Below are positions 28,168 through 42,409 of a stretch of 64,000 bases of DNA, one piece after another. The notes beneath the pieces are model-generated. The model saw nothing but the letters and a program-made list of their open reading frames with translations. It did not search any database and was not told the DNA's origin. The position numbers and the translations under genes were made by a program. This DNA comes from Malacoraja senta. Its lineage: Eukaryota. Location of the stretch: the NCBI GenBank assembly GCA_038087875.1, contig CM075988.1:19346001-19410000 (forward strand), given 5' to 3'. Position 1 is the stretch's first letter. The number at the start of each line of letters is the position of its first letter.

Positions 28168-28480
28168 TGGGCGGCACAGTGGTACAGCAGTAGAGTTGCT
28201 AGAGTTGCTGCCTTACAGCACCAGAGACCAGGGTTCGATCCAGACTTTCAGTGCTGTCTGTATGGAGTTTGTGCATTCTCCCTATGACCGCAGGGTTTTT
28301 TCCAGGTGCTCCAGTTTTACCCCACAATTCCAACGACGTGCAGGTTTGTAGCTTAATTGGCCGGTGAAGATTGTAAATTGACTTTAGTGTGTAAGATAGT
28401 GCTAGTGTACGGGGATCGCTGGTTGGCGTGGATTCGAGTGGGCTGAAGGCCCTGTTTCCACGCTGTATCACTAAACCAAC
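28168..28480 (+). mobile_element. V-SINE (HE1-like), full length
   Basis: Same family. Confidence 0.87.
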
Positions 28481-29656
28481 CACAAACCTACCTCAGCTAC
28501 CTCACTGTGGACTTTGTATAAGGTTGCACCAAGCCCTTCATCTTGCACTATTGTGGTCTGGTTAGCTCGTACAACTTATTTATTTGTTTTGTTGTGTTGT
28601 TGCAGTAATGTGCCTGTAAGTGCAGCAAATAAGAATATCAGTGACTCTTGAGGTAAAGGAAAACAATGTTGAAATTCTGGTAATAATCTTCCAAACATTT
28701 GTAGATTTAACTGTTACCTTGAGGGCAGAAAACTGGAAATGTTACACTTAACCACACTGATCATTTGAACCTCAGCGGCAGAGAATATTCTGGGAAGATA
28801 TATCAGGGACAAGTGGGGATTGATTAGAGAAAGCCAGGAGCGATTTGTCAAAGACAATTCCTGCCGAACTACCTTGATAGAATTAAATGTACACAGATGC
28901 ACCCTCTTAGTTTAGTTTATTAGTTTAGTTTAGACATGCAGCGTAGAAACAGGCCCTTTGGGCCACCGAGTCCACGCCAACCATCGATCACCCCATACAC
29001 AGCACTATCCTGCACACTAGGTATGGTGGTGCAGCGGTAGAGTTGCTGCCCTGCAGTCCTTATAGCGCCAGACACCCGGGTTCGATCCTGGCTACGGGTG
29101 CATGAGTGCATGGAGTTTGTACGTTCTCCCCGTGACCCGTGTGGGTTTTCTCAGAGAACTTTGGTTTCCTCCCACACTCCAAAGACGTACAAGTTTGTAA
29201 TTGGCTTGGTGTAAATGTAAAAATTGTCCAAAGTGTAGATTGTGTAGGAAGGAACTGCAGATGCTGGTTTAAATTGAAGATAGACACAAAAAGCTGGAGT
29301 AACTCAGCGGGTCTCGACCCGAAACATCACCGGTTCCTTTTCTGCAGTGATGCTGCCTGACCCCCTGAGTTACTCCAGCTTCTTGTGTCTACCTTGATAG
29401 AATTATTTGTTGAAGTAACAGAAAAAAAAGGATGTAGAGGGAGAAGCATTTGATACAATATGCATGTGCCTCCACAGAAATGTGATAAGGTTCCACATCA
29501 ATATTGAAGGCCATGGAATAAAAGGAGAGGTGGCAGCAGAGGAGGAGAATTGGCTGAGTAACAGGCACAGAGAAAGAAGTCGAGCAAGATGTTTCAGTCT
29601 GGAGCGAGGTGTACAGCCGAGCTCCCGGGCGCAAGCTGGCACCATTGTCTTCCTAA

Positions 29657-29887
29657 AGGGCCTGTCCCACTTTCACGACCTAATTTCACGACCTCTGCCG
29701 AGTTTGCCCTTGACGCAAACTCGCAGCATGGTCGTCACGAGGTCGTAGGAGGTCGTAGGAGGTCGTAGGTAGGTCGTAGGTAGGTTGTGATGCAACTCGT
29801 AGGTACTCATGGTGTTTTTCTAGCCTGATGAAAAATGTCCACGAGTAAAAAAGTCGTGAATTAGGTCGTGCAAGTGGGACAGGCCCT
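29657..29887. mobile_element. MITE, PIF/Harbinger-like
   Basis: TIRs AGGGCCTGTCCCACTT.CACGACCTAATT; TAA/TTA flanks; internal (AGGTCGTAGG)n. Confidence 0.88.
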
Positions 29888-31245
29888 TTAATGATGTTGG
29901 CTCTTGGCTATGTAAACAGAGCACATTCCCAAATTTACAGAGCAGCACAGAACGCGGAGACCTAGTGAAATGTAAGGAGTGCAGCCACAGATTTCAGGGA
30001 GAGCTCGACAGGCTGTTGGATGGGGCAGGCGGCTGGCAGATGAAAACATGGGTGTGTTTCACTGGGTCAGAAGAATGAGAGGGGGCATAACCTGCTCAAT
30101 CCCTCCCTGTAGCTCAGGCCCTCACGTCCTGACACCATCCTCCAACATCTGCTCATGTTCATGTTATAGGAGCAGAATTAGGCCATTTGGCCCATCGTTT
30201 CTACCCCGCCATTCGATTGTGGCTAATCTATGTTTCCCTCTCAACCCTCAGGGTCGATCGACGCTCAGCATTCTTTCTAGCTTAATGGCATCTTTCCTGC
30301 AGAACGGTGGCCAAAACAGAGCACAATACCTTGAGTGCGGCCTCACCAACGTCTTGTACGATCAAGTAGAATAGTGCATGACATTCCCTCCTCCCTGATC
30401 CTCAATGCTGGTGTCCCTTAGGGTTGTAAGCTCACTCCCCCTACTAATTGGCCACAGTAAATGGCCCCTGGTGTGTTGACGAATTGTATCATCTGGGAGG
30501 ATTGATGACGATGCGAGGATAATAAAAAATGGGGGGTCAATGTAAATGAGTGGCTGGTGGGCGACACAGACTCGATGGGCTGAAGGGCCTATATCTGTGC
30601 TGAATCTCTCAAGGACTCTACGACTGTAAGGTAAAGAAATATTTTGGACGACATGGGAATCAAACATTATGGGGAGCAAAGGATACAGCATGGAAATAGG
30701 CCCTTCAGCCCACCAAGTCAACTCCAGTCACAGAGCACCCATTATTATACTTTGCATCCACTCCCTACATCTTAGAGATAATTTTCATGGGCCAATTAAT
30801 CTACAAACCCACATGTCTTTGAGATGTGGGAGGAACGAAGCACTTGGAGGAAACCCATGCAGCCACAGGAAAACAGGCAAACTCCACACAGCTCAGGATC
30901 GAACCCATGGTCAGGATCGAACCGTGGTTCCTGGCACTGTGAGGCAGCAGCTCTACCGGCTGTGCCGCTGAACCACCCAGTGTATAATCTTTGTGCATAA
31001 TTATAGAATAATGTATTTCTGCAGATATTACCAGACCTTCTGAGTATTTCCAACATTCCCTTTTTGGTCTACTTTAGAGATATAGCATGGAAACAGGCCT
31101 TTCAGCCCATCATGTGGACCATCATTCACCCGTCCACTCTAGTTCTGTTATCCCACTTTCTCATCCACTCCCTACACCCTGGGCTGCAATTTACCGCAGC
31201 CGATTAACCCACAAACCAGCACGTGTTTGGATTGTGGAAGGAAAT

Positions 31246-31722
31246 CCTGGGATGGCAGGACTTTCATGTGAGGAAAGACTGGATAGACTCGGCTTGTATA
31301 CGTTGGAATTCAGAAGACTGAGGGGGGATCTTATAGAAACTTACAAAATTCTTAAGGGGTTGGACAGGCTAGATACAGGAAGATTATTCCCGATGTTGGG
31401 GAAGTCCAGAACCAGGGGTCACAGTATAAGGATAAGAGGGAAGACTTTTAGGACCGAGATGAGGAAATCATATTTTACACAGAGAGTGGTGAATCTGTGG
31501 AATTCTCTGCCACAGAAGGTAGTTGAGGCCAGTTCATTGGCTATATTTAAGAGGGAGTTAGATGTGGCCCTTGTGGCTAAAGGGATCAGGGGGTATGGAG
31601 AGAAGGCAGGGATGGAATACTGAGTTGGATGATCAGCCATGATCATATCAAATGGCGGTGCAGGCTCGAAGGGCCGAATGGCCTACTCCTGCACCTATTT
31701 TCTATGTTTCTATGTTTCTATG
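31246..31722 (+). mobile_element. CR1 3' fragment inserted in a V-SINE
   Basis: ERLDRLGLYTLEFRRLRGDLIETYKI...TRGH..RVVNLWNSLP; (TTTCTATG)n tail. Confidence 0.92.
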
Positions 31723-32841
31723 AAACCGGAGCACCCGGCCAGGTCATAGAATCATAGAAACATAGAAAGTAGGTGCAGGAGTAGGCCATTTGGCCCTTCG
31801 AGCCAGCACCGCCATTCAATATGATCATGGCTGATCATCCAGAATCAGTGCCTTGTACATGCTTTTTCTCCATATCCCTTGATTCCGTTAGCCCGGAGAG
31901 CTGTATATCTAACTCTTTCTTGAATACATCAAAGTCTGTGGCGCTGTGTGGCAGCAGCTCTACCAGCCGCGCCACTGTGCCGCCCTGTGGTGACCTCCTA
32001 CCACTCGTTTATCTTAATGCTTTCAATAAATAAAATTCTGCTGGAATCGGCAGCAAGCAAGTGCCTGCTTGTCCAGTCTCCCAGTATTCAGTCCCACTGC
32101 AGCCAGTGGCATTAAATATTGGCTGCTGTGTGTATAATGAACAACCACGGTGAATTTTTCTTCCTAAAGTTTAATGAGATGGTTCAAGTGGGATTGAATA
32201 TTTGCACAAGGCCTCCTGAAACAAACCTGTGCTACACTAATAAAATAATTCTACGCGGCCAATTCTATCAGTTTGTTAATATATTATTAATAAATCTTCA
32301 TTGATATTGTGCATTCAAAGCAGACTTATTATGCTTGAATGAGATCACGATAGCTAAGAGGTTGAACATAGATCTCAATCTCGTGAAACACTGCAAGTAT
32401 TGCTTTTGCAATCACATCGAAAGCTCACCAACAACTCTGCTTCCATAGGAGATTGAGAAGATTCAAGAGGCATGGATGGATATGGATCGCAGTTGGGCAA
32501 GTGAGAATAGTTTAACTTGACTTCATGTTGGGTACAGACACTGTGGGTTGAATGGCGACCTCCTGTGCTGTACTATTCTATGTTCTATGATTCAGTATGT
32601 TGACGAATATTCGATCGAACATCCACAGGTACATGGGTAGAGAACATACTGACTGGTTGCTCAAACTCGAATGCTCAGCAACGAAGGAGACTTCAAAGAG
32701 CAATGGACGCTGCCCACTCCATCACATATACTGACCTCTCCACCATTGAATGGATATACAGGAGATGCTGCCTCAAAAAGGCAGCCAATATCATCAAAGA
32801 CCCACACCACCCTGGCCACGCTCTCATCTCACTACTATCAT

Positions 32842-33651
32842 AGATACATAGATACATAGAAAATAGGTGCAGGAGTAGGCCATTCGGCCCTTCGAGCCTG
32901 CACCGCCATTCAATATGATCATGGCTGATCATCCAACTCAGTATCCCGTACCTGCCTTCTCTCCATACCCCCTGATCCCTTTAGCCACAAGGGCCACATC
33001 TAACTCCCTCTTAAATATAGCCAATGAACTGGCCTCAACTACCCTCTGTGGCAGAGAGTTCCAGAGATTCACCACTCTCTGTGTGAAAACGTTTTTTCTC
33101 ATCTCGGTCTTAAAGGATTTCCCTTATCCTTAAGCTGTGACCCCTTGTCCTGGACTTCCCCAACATCGGGAACAATCTTCCTGCATCTAGCCTGTCCAAC
33201 CCCATAAGAATTTTGTAAGTTTCTATAAGATCCCCTCTCAATCTCCTAAATTCTAGCGAGTACAAGCCGAGTCTATCCAGTCTTTCTTCATATGAAAGTC
33301 CTGACATCCCAGGAATCAGTCTGGTGAACCTTCTCTGCACTCGCTCTATGGCTATAATGTCCTTCCTCAGATTTGGAGACCAAAACTGTACGCAATACTC
33401 CAGGTGTGGTCTCACCAAGACCCTGTACAACTGCAGTAGAACCTCCCTGCTCCTATACTCAAATCCTTTTGCTATGAAAGCTAACATACCATTCGCTTTC
33501 TTCACTGCCTGCTGCACCTGCATGCCTACTTTCAATGACTGGTGTACCATGACACCCAGGTCTCGCTGCATCTCCCCATTTCCTAATCGGCCACCATTTA
33601 GATAATAGTCTGCTTTCCTGTTTTTGCCACCAAAGTGGATAACCTCACATT
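32842..33651 (-). mobile_element. CR1 3' fragment, same young subfamily as 18923-22642
   Basis: Near-identical to 18923-20095 without the insert; (TATCTATG)n tail; TATCAT at both junctions (32836-32841/33652-33657); splits a Rex1-like fragment. Confidence 0.93.
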
Positions 33652-34889
33652 TATCATCGGCAAGAAGGTACAGGAGCCTGAAAACCGTGACCTCCAGTTT
33701 CAAGAACAGCTTCTTCCCAGTGTCTATCAGGCTCGAACACTGCACAACACTAACTTTAGCAACTATGATCTTCTATGATCTATGTCTTCAGATGCATTAT
33801 GAGCTTTATTAGTACACCATTATGGTTACCTATATTATGGTTGTTAATTTATTGTATTACTGATTATTATATATTTATATGTGTGTTATGCATAGACAGA
33901 GCTATTACGTTGCAGCAAGTAAGAATTTTGTTATTTAGTTGTCGCTACTTATGTCGACTAAACACTCTTAACTCTTGAGTTGACTTTTGCTGATGTTTGG
34001 CTAAAGATGTGAGCATCGCTGTTTCAGGCAATGTTTTTTACAACATCGGCCATCTGATGAACTTGGTCTGGAAAATCTCGGGGAAACAACTAGGGTTTTG
34101 CATTGTCTTCGAAGAGAACAAGTCACACTGGCAGAGATGAAGAACTCGCTGGGAGCTGTTGGCAATCGACAACTCGTCCAGATGGCTATGAAGCCAAACA
34201 ATTAACCTAAGTGCCTCAACACAACTCATTCCGATGCCAAGCAATCAGGAATTGCAAGGCAACTTTGAAGTTCTGCAGTGAAGAATTTTGGCCAGTCCAA
34301 TTAGACAGAGAATTCTCGGCCCAGAACTGTGATTTCCTTTTTGATGACCAGTTTATATATTCATAACCCAAACTTCATTTGTAAAAGGTTAAGAATACTT
34401 TTTCATTTTTGTTCCAGGAACAATTCTCGATAGAGCTTTGCTAATATTTGGTGGCCTTTGAGGTGTGCTCCAGCTTTGCTGCAGATTCCACACAAATTAT
34501 ACACTTGATAAAACTTGATGAGTGATAGTTTAGCTGCTGTCATTGTGAATTTTACAAGGTTAATATGGCCACGTTCTGTTATTCTAACAACCTCTTAGCT
34601 CGCTGCATGTATCTTGTTTTCAAGCATGAACACTGCCAGGCTGTAACCTATCCAATGGATACTTTTGTAAGTATGCTTGAGGACTAAACATGGCCAATTT
34701 AGCTGGCCACAACTCTGCTCTACCAACAGAGAAAGCTGAAAACACACAGCAGGTTAGGCAGCATCTGTGGTATGACAAACAGTAATATTTCAGAACATCT
34801 CTCCACAGAAATAGGCACAGGTCCACATTTAGGGTACCACATTGCAATTGTACAAAGCAATTATCAGGCTGCACTCAGACGATTGTGTA

Positions 34890-35182
34890 CGGTGGTGCAG
34901 CAGTAGAGTTTCTGCCTCACAGCGCCAGAGACCCGGGTTCAATCCTGACTATGGGTGCTGTCTGTACAGAGTTTGTACGTTCTCCCTGTGACCACGTGCG
35001 TTTTATATGGGTGCTCCAGTTTCCTCCCACATCCCAAAGACGTGCAGATTTGTAAGTTAGTTGCTTTCGTAAATTGTCCCTGAGGTGTAGGATTGTAGGA
35101 TAGAACTAGTTATGGTTGATCGATGGTCATCGTGGACTCGGTGGCCAAAGGGCCTGTTTCCACGCTGTATTTCTAAACTAAG
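34890..35182 (+). mobile_element. V-SINE (HE1-like)
   Basis: Same family. Confidence 0.87.
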
Positions 35183-35679
35183 TTCTGTTCACCACACTAC
35201 AGGACGGATGTGGTAGCATTATGGAGAGTGCAAAAGACATCTGCTAGGTTCAACAAACGGTGAGCTGGAGGGACTTAGGCAGCATCCGTGGAGGGAATGA
35301 GCAAGAGATGTTGCAGGTCAAGACCCTTCATCTGGACAGGAGGATTAGAGGTAAAGCCTGTATAGTCATGCAGAATGCATAGAAACATAGAAAATAGATA
35401 CAGGAGTAGGCCATTCGGCCCTTCGAGCCAGCACTGCCATTCAATATGATCATGGCTGATCATCCAAAATCAGTACCCCATTCTGGCTTTTTCCCCATAT
35501 CCCTCGAGTCCCTTAGCCCTAAGACCAGATCCTTCAGCCCACCTCATCCATGCCCATTTAAGCTGGTCCCATTTACGTACACAAAAATACATAAAGTGCA
35601 GGAATAACTCAATGGCTCAGGCAGCATCTCTGAAGAACATGGAAAGGCGACATTTCCTCCTCTAACCTCATTATGACCT

Positions 35680-35950
35680 TCGGTGCTCCTCGTATGGCCT
35701 GCTTTACATTGGCGAGACCAAACGTGGAAAGGGCTGCTGTTTTGTTGAACACTTGCACTTGGCCAGTTGGATCTCCTGGTTGCTAACCATTTTAACTACC
35801 CTTCCCATTCCCATACCGACCTTTCTGTCCTGGGCCTCCACCACTGCCAGAGTGAAACTGCACACAAGCTGAAGGAACAGCACCTGATATTCCACTTGGG
35901 TAGCTTACAACCCAGCAGTATGATCATGGAATTGTTCAATTTTAGGTAAC
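35680..35950 (+). mobile_element. Penelope-like element GIY-YIG endonuclease fragment
   Basis: RCSSYGLLYIGETKR (YIG motif) then VANHFN..SHSHTDLSVLGL...KEQHLIFHLGSLQP. Confidence 0.85.
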
Positions 35951-37544
35951 TAACCTAAACTAAAATGTCTAGTTTGTGATGAGTTATATATTTTGACAGT
36001 TCAGTGAGGATCTTCTAGGACTGACCATAAGATTCCAGCCAAATGTTTAATTAGTAATGGAAACTATAGGGCAGGAATAACTGGGAGGGTGGCACACAGC
36101 AGTACATTTGCTCAGGTAGAGAGGCAAGCTAAAATGCTCTATGTCTGAATAAAAATCTAGAAAAAGATTTCAATTGGAAAAAAAATGAGAATATTGGAAG
36201 GGTGACAAAAAATGATTAGAAAATCAAAAATAAAAGTGAAATAGAAGAATTAACTGCGATTAAATAATTTGGAGAGCATTGTTAGGCTTTATTTTAAATA
36301 GTTTTTAGGATCACATTGATCCTTTAGTAATGAAATACCCTTCAAAAGCAGGAACCCGTAAAGGATTAGATTTACTCCCCACATCAATCAGGAGAAATGA
36401 AAGAGTTTAAATGTCAGTTCACTCACGTTAGATGGGAGACTCAGGACCGGGTCAAGTGGCATGTTATTGGTGAGTTTGGAGCATTTTAGCCATATCCAGA
36501 AAAATTGAAAATACAAATTTGACATAAGAGGTCAGCAATTCCCGAATGTCAGGGTGAGCGTAAACATCTGCTGGATTTATTGCTGGGCACCATACTTCCG
36601 AGGCAGCTGCCTTACATAATCGGAAGGTCGCTTAGCTAGAGGCCGTTAAGCGACTGGACGTTAAATAGTGGACAGGCCACAACTGGATTACAGCATCCAC
36701 TTCTGGATCCCACACTTCAGGAAGGACGTGGGTGCCCTTGAGAGGATGCAGAAACAATTTACTGGGATATAATCATAGAGTCACACAGCATGGAAACAGG
36801 CCCTTCTGCCCAACTTGCCCATGCTGACCAACATGCCCCATCTGCACGAGTGCCACCTATTTGGCCCATATCCCTCTAAGCCTATTCTTTCCATGCATTT
36901 GTCGAAATAGACAATATAGAATGTAACTCCTCCGGCAGCTCGTTCCATATACCCACCACCCTATCTATTTCTCTCACGATCTTAAATTGTTTGGGATTGT
37001 TCCAAGGATGAGCGATTTCAGTCACAAGGTTTGACCAGAGAGGCTCCTTGGAGCAAAGAAGGTTGAGAGGAGATTAAATGGAGATGGACAAGATTAAGGC
37101 TGTCTGCACATGGTAAGGGGAGACGGGATTTACATTAACATTTGTATCAGATGTTGGCCAGGCCACACTTGAAGTTATGTGTTCAGTTTTGGTCACCCTG
37201 CTACAGGAAAGAGTGCATGGATGCCACAGCAAGGATGTTGCCAGGACTCAAGGGCCAAAGCTACAGGCAAAGGTCGGGCAGGCTCAACCTTGGAGCATAG
37301 GAGGATGAGAGGTGATCTTATAGAGGTATATAAAATCATGAGGGGAATGGATAGGGTAGACAGTCATAAACATTTTGCAGGTTGAAAAGTCAAAGACTAA
37401 GAGGGCAGAGCTTCAAGTTGAGAGAGGGAAAGTTTAATAGAAAAAGGTGGGGCAGTTTTTTTTACATATGGAGTGTGTGGATGCCTGGAACGCACAGCCA
37501 AGGGTAGTGGTGGAAGCAGATAAGATAGTTTCATCTAAGAGGCT

Positions 37545-37636
37545 CGGCACAAAATACTGGAGTAACTCAGCGGGACAGGCAGCATCTCTGGATAGAAGAA
37601 ATGGGTGACGTTTTGGGTCGAGACCCTTCTTCAGAC
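37545..37636 (-). mobile_element. Penelope-like terminal fragment
   Basis: 14-bp TSD TCATCTAAGAGGCT (37531-37544/37637-37650). Confidence 0.88.
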
Positions 37637-40381
37637 TCATCTAAGAGGCTTTCAGATAGGCACAGGGAATGGAGGAATATGGATCACATGCAGCAAGAGG
37701 AGATTAGTTTAACTTGGCATCATGCCCGACACAGACATTGTGAGCTAAAGAGTCTATTCCTGTGCGTACTGTTCTAAGAGGGGAATAGATTGGGTAAATA
37801 GACGGGGTAGGGGTATCAAGGACTTGAGGGCATTTTTAAGGCGAGAGGGGAAAGATTTAATAGGAACCTGAGGGGCAACTTTTCAACACAGTATATGGAA
37901 TGTAGTATAAATGTAGATATCAGGAAGGAGCTGCCAGAGGAAATAGTTGAGGCAGGTACAATAACAGCATTTAAAGGACATTTGGACAGGTACATGGATA
38001 GGAAAGATTTAGAGGAGCATGGGCCAAACACAGGCAATTGGGACTTGCCTAGATTGGGCATCGTGGTCGGTATGGACAGTTTGGGCTGAAGGCCCTGTTT
38101 CCCTGCTGTATGACTCCATGGCTTAGTAACAGATGGATTAAGAATTATTGTAGGCACACTGATCGGAAGTCAAGGACTAAACATTCAAGGAAGATGCCGA
38201 GGAAAGATGTTTTTATGAAGAGACTGCTGAGGATCTGGAACACGCTGCTGTCAGGGGAGATGAAATGAAGTAATTTCAGAGTTTCAGAGGGTATTGGATA
38301 AAGCTCTGAGAGAATTAACTGACAGAGCCATGGGGGAAGAATGGGAAAATGTGACAAACCAGGCTGGTCAAAGAGATAGCATACTCAATGGGCAGAATAG
38401 TCTCCTGTGTCATATTAACGCTGTGTCTCAAAGACATTTCCTTTAGATTGCAGAATCTTTTATTTAGGATAAATGCAAGAGCTGTAACAAAGCACCAAGT
38501 GACCGTGATCTAATCCCAACGCTACAGATTTGAGGGATTGTTGTTATAGAAGGTCAGCATGATGGCGCAGTGCTAGAGTCGTTGCCTTAGTGCTTGCAGC
38601 GCCGGGTTCGTCTGTACGGAGTTTGTACATTCTCACCGTGATCTGCGTGGGTTTCTCCGAGATCTTCGGTTTCCTTCCACACTCCAAAGACGTACAGGTA
38701 TGTAGCTTAATTAGCTTGGTAAATGTAAAATTGGTCCCTAATCTGTGAAGAATAGTGTTAATATGCGGGGGGGGGGGGGGGTCGCTGGTTGGCGCGGACC
38801 CGGTGGGCCAAAGGGCCTGTTTCCGCGCTGCATCTCTAAAACTAAAAATTTCAAACAAAACTCAAAGTGCTGAAGGAATGCAGCAGATCAGGCAGCATCT
38901 GTGGAGGGAATGTACAGGCGACCTTTCAGGTTGGGACCATCTGCAGACTGATGGAGTGCGAAGGGGGTGCGAAAGCTGGAAAAGGGATGCAGGGGCAGGA
39001 CAAAGCCTGGCAAGTGATAGGTAGAAAGACATGTTGACCGTAGTAGTACGTTTTGGTTAGAAGATGGTCAAAGAGCAGGTGAGCTGCAGGAATCACAGAG
39101 GGGGAGCAGTAGGAGAGGGTCTCACACTACTCCAAACCAGATAGAAGCAGAGTGTTATAGAGCTGTCCATTTACACTGAGTATGGCAAAGGTTGCTGCCT
39201 ATAATGGTGTTTACATATACGATACGATAAGATACAATAAAACGTTATTCATCCCTGGAGGGAAATTGGTCTGCCGACAGTCACAACACACAAGGTACAT
39301 AAAAACTTGAAATTAAAAGTGAAAACAAAGAGAAAAAGACAAGCTGTTTAAGAAGGAACTGCAGATGCTGGAAAATCGAAGGTAGATAAAAATGCTGGAG
39401 AAACTCAGCGGGTGCAGCAGCATCTATGGAGCGAAGGAAACCCTTCTTCAGACAAGAAAAAGACAGGGAACTGTTGGCTGGCAGTATTTTTCAACAAAAA
39501 CATGCCCTTCATGAGGATAAGGGATTGATTATCAAAGGAGTGCAAGAACACTGTTGCGGCCCCAAAGTTCGCACATGCAAGGATCATTCTCTGTTTGTGT
39601 CTCCACACTAACTGCACGCCACTATGACGGTGTTACGCCACATACCGATGGCCTTGCAATTGAATATTGCATAATCGTGGCTGGTGGAGTTGGAACAGTA
39701 TTTTCTGCATCTCCAGTTGAGAGGACACAACTCTCCACAGTTTACAATGTCACCAAGTCAGCAGTCAAACAAAAATGTATTCAGTATTAGAGTGAGCAAA
39801 TAAACCAAATGCAGGATTGGCAGCCGTTCAGTCCTCGGTCTCCGTGGATAGATGCTCGAAATACTGTAAGGCCTTCTGTGGCTGCTCATCTAATGTGAAT
39901 AGTGGCGTCTCGTAATCCCAATTCCTATAACAGATACCGAAGGCCATGTTGGACTTTGCCGCATGTTTGAAGCAGATAGCAACGCTACTCCGTCAGTTCA
40001 AGGTACCTAGGGAGATTAACAAAAATAAAACATTTCTGTTGTTTGAACTGTGGGCCAGCCAGTGATCAGAGCACTTTGCCATGCCCTAGATATTCATTGC
40101 TAATGTGTTTATTGTTTTCAGATGCATTTTGCAAACAATTGATAGAGCGCGCAGCAACTGAAACATTAAATTGATTTCTGGGATGAGATGATGGTGTTTC
40201 AAGGAAAGATGGACTCAATGGGCCCCTTACTCCCTCGGGCTATGTGTGGCAAGTGAATTTGTTGAAATGATTGGAAGAGATTTATCAGGAAAATGCTGAG
40301 AAGGTGATCAGGGGGGAATCTGGAATTGGAATGTAGCATCATATGTAGAGAGGTTCCTGTGAGTACGATTCCCCAGGCTGG

Positions 40382-41890
40382 GTGAAGGTAGGACCACTGA
40401 AGGATAAAGGAGGGAATTTGTGCTTGGAGTCTGGGGATGTAGGCGAGGTACTAAACTACTACTTTGCATCAGTTTACACCAAGGAGAAGGTCATGGGGGA
40501 CAGTGGGATCCGTGTGGAAAATAGTAATATGCAAGGGCAGTTTGAGATTAAGAAGGAGAGGTATTGGGGCTCTTGGAGCATCAGGTGGATAAATCCCCAG
40601 GACCTGATGGGATTTATCCCAGGTTACTGAAAGAGGCAAGAGAGGAAATTGCAGGAGCCCTGACGAAAATCTTTGCGTCTTCACTAACCACAGACATGGT
40701 CCCAGAGGACTGGAGATTAGTTAATGTTTTCCCTTTATTTAAGTAGGGAGAATCCAGGGAATTGTAGGCCAGTGAGCCTCACGTCAGTGGTAGAGAATCC
40801 ATTGGAGAGAATTCTTCCGGATAATATTTTCTCCCGTTTGGAAGAGAATAGAATAATTAGGAACAGTCAGCATGGCTTTGTTTATGGCAGGTTGTGTCTT
40901 AAGCCCCTGTCCCACTTACGTGTCCTTGACACGCTAATTACGCGACCTCGCATTGAGGCGGGACGGTCGCACGCGACTTCATGCGTCCGCACAGCCGTCT
41001 GGAGCGTGTGACGTCATTTGAAGATGGACACAAAATGCTGGAGTAACTCAGCGGGACTGACAGCATCTCTGGTGAAAAGCAATGGGTGATGTTTCGGGTC
41101 GAGACCCTTCTTTAGTCTGAAAGAAGGGTCTTGACCCGAAACGTCATCCATTGCTTCTCTCCAGAGATGCTGCCGGTCCCGCTGAGTTACTCCTGCATTT
41201 TGTGTCTATCTTCAATTATCTTGGCCCCGCTCTGGGAGTAGAAGTGGGGGCGGATCCGGACCGCAACGGCCGTGAGCCCCAGGCCGAGCTCGGCGATTGT
41301 TTGCCTGCTTCTGCTGCTGTTGGAGGTGAGACGTTGCGTTGCGCCAGGGTCTTGGGCCTGTCCCACTTTGGCCGTCAGTTACGCGACAGGCCGGTGGCGC
41401 GCGAAGATTTCGTTCGCTACAAAATTTCGGAGCCCCGCGCGATACCGCGCACAACTCCATACCCCTCCGCGCTTCTCAGTGGGACCGGCCCCGCGCGGCC
41501 ACGTGATGCCCGTGCGCATCAATGTGACGATGAGGTCGTGTAATTTGCGTGCTAAGGACACGTAAGTGGGACAGGGCCTTTACTATCTTTTTGAATTTTT
41601 TGAGGATGTGACAAAGTTGATCGGTAAGGGTAGGACAGTGAATGGAGTGAATGTATTTTAGTAAGGCATTTGATTAAGTCCACCCATGGTAGGCTGATCC
41701 ATAAGGTTAAGATGCATGGGATTAACTTGGTCACATGGATTCAGAACAGGTTTACTGATGGAGGATAGAGAGTTGTGGTGAAACAAAATTATCCAGGCTG
41801 CAGGTCTGTGACCAGTGGAATTCTGCAGGGATCTGCACTGGGGACCTCTGCTGTTTATGAAAAAATATAAATGACTTGATTGTAAATTAT
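40382..41890 (+). mobile_element. Degraded CR1 ORF2 (RT) fragment interrupted by a MITE
   Basis: KSPGPDGIYPRLLKE, PEDWR, RPVSLTSVV, QHGF, then EFFEDVT after the MITE. Confidence 0.88.
40902..41579. mobile_element. MITE, PIF/Harbinger-like, GC-rich, containing a Penelope-derived hairpin
   Basis: ~48-bp TIRs AG.CCCTGTCCCACTTACGTGTCCTT; TTA TSD (40899-40901/41580-41582); extra internal TIR-like GGGCCTGTCCCACTT at ~41354. Confidence 0.9.
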
Positions 41891-42409
41891 TTACAACGGC
41901 GATGCCAGGATTCAAGGCCTGAGCTATATGGAGAGGTTAAGCTAGATAGGATACTCCTTGAAGCACATGAGGCTGAGACATGATCTAATAGAGTTGTATA
42001 AAATCTTGAAGGGAATCGATAGGGTGCATGTGCGCAGATTCTTTTACGCAGAGTAGGTGAATCAAGAACTAGAGGGCAGAGATTTAAGATGAGAGGAGGA
42101 ATATTTAATAGGGACCTTGGGGGTAACTTTTTCCACAGAGCGTGGTGGATATACAGAACGTGATGCGAGGTGAGATAGTTAAGGCAGGTACGAAAACAAC
42201 TATATTATTTAAAAGACATTTGCACAGACACATGAATAGGAAAGGTTTAGAGGGCTATCTTCTTCTTCTTTTCATGTCCATCTTGTTACAAATGTTGACC
42301 TCGCTGTCATCGTCCGCACTGAAAAGGACGCAAGCTTCCGGCGAAAATCAGTGGAAGCCATCACTTGTCGCAATAGAAGATGGTGGTAGCAGAATTACCT
42401 CGGGATACT

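Noticed and set aside
34020..34210. Possible host exon (short open frame after TTTCAG)
   Set aside because: No recognisable protein similarity and no convincing splice donor; not supportable without a search
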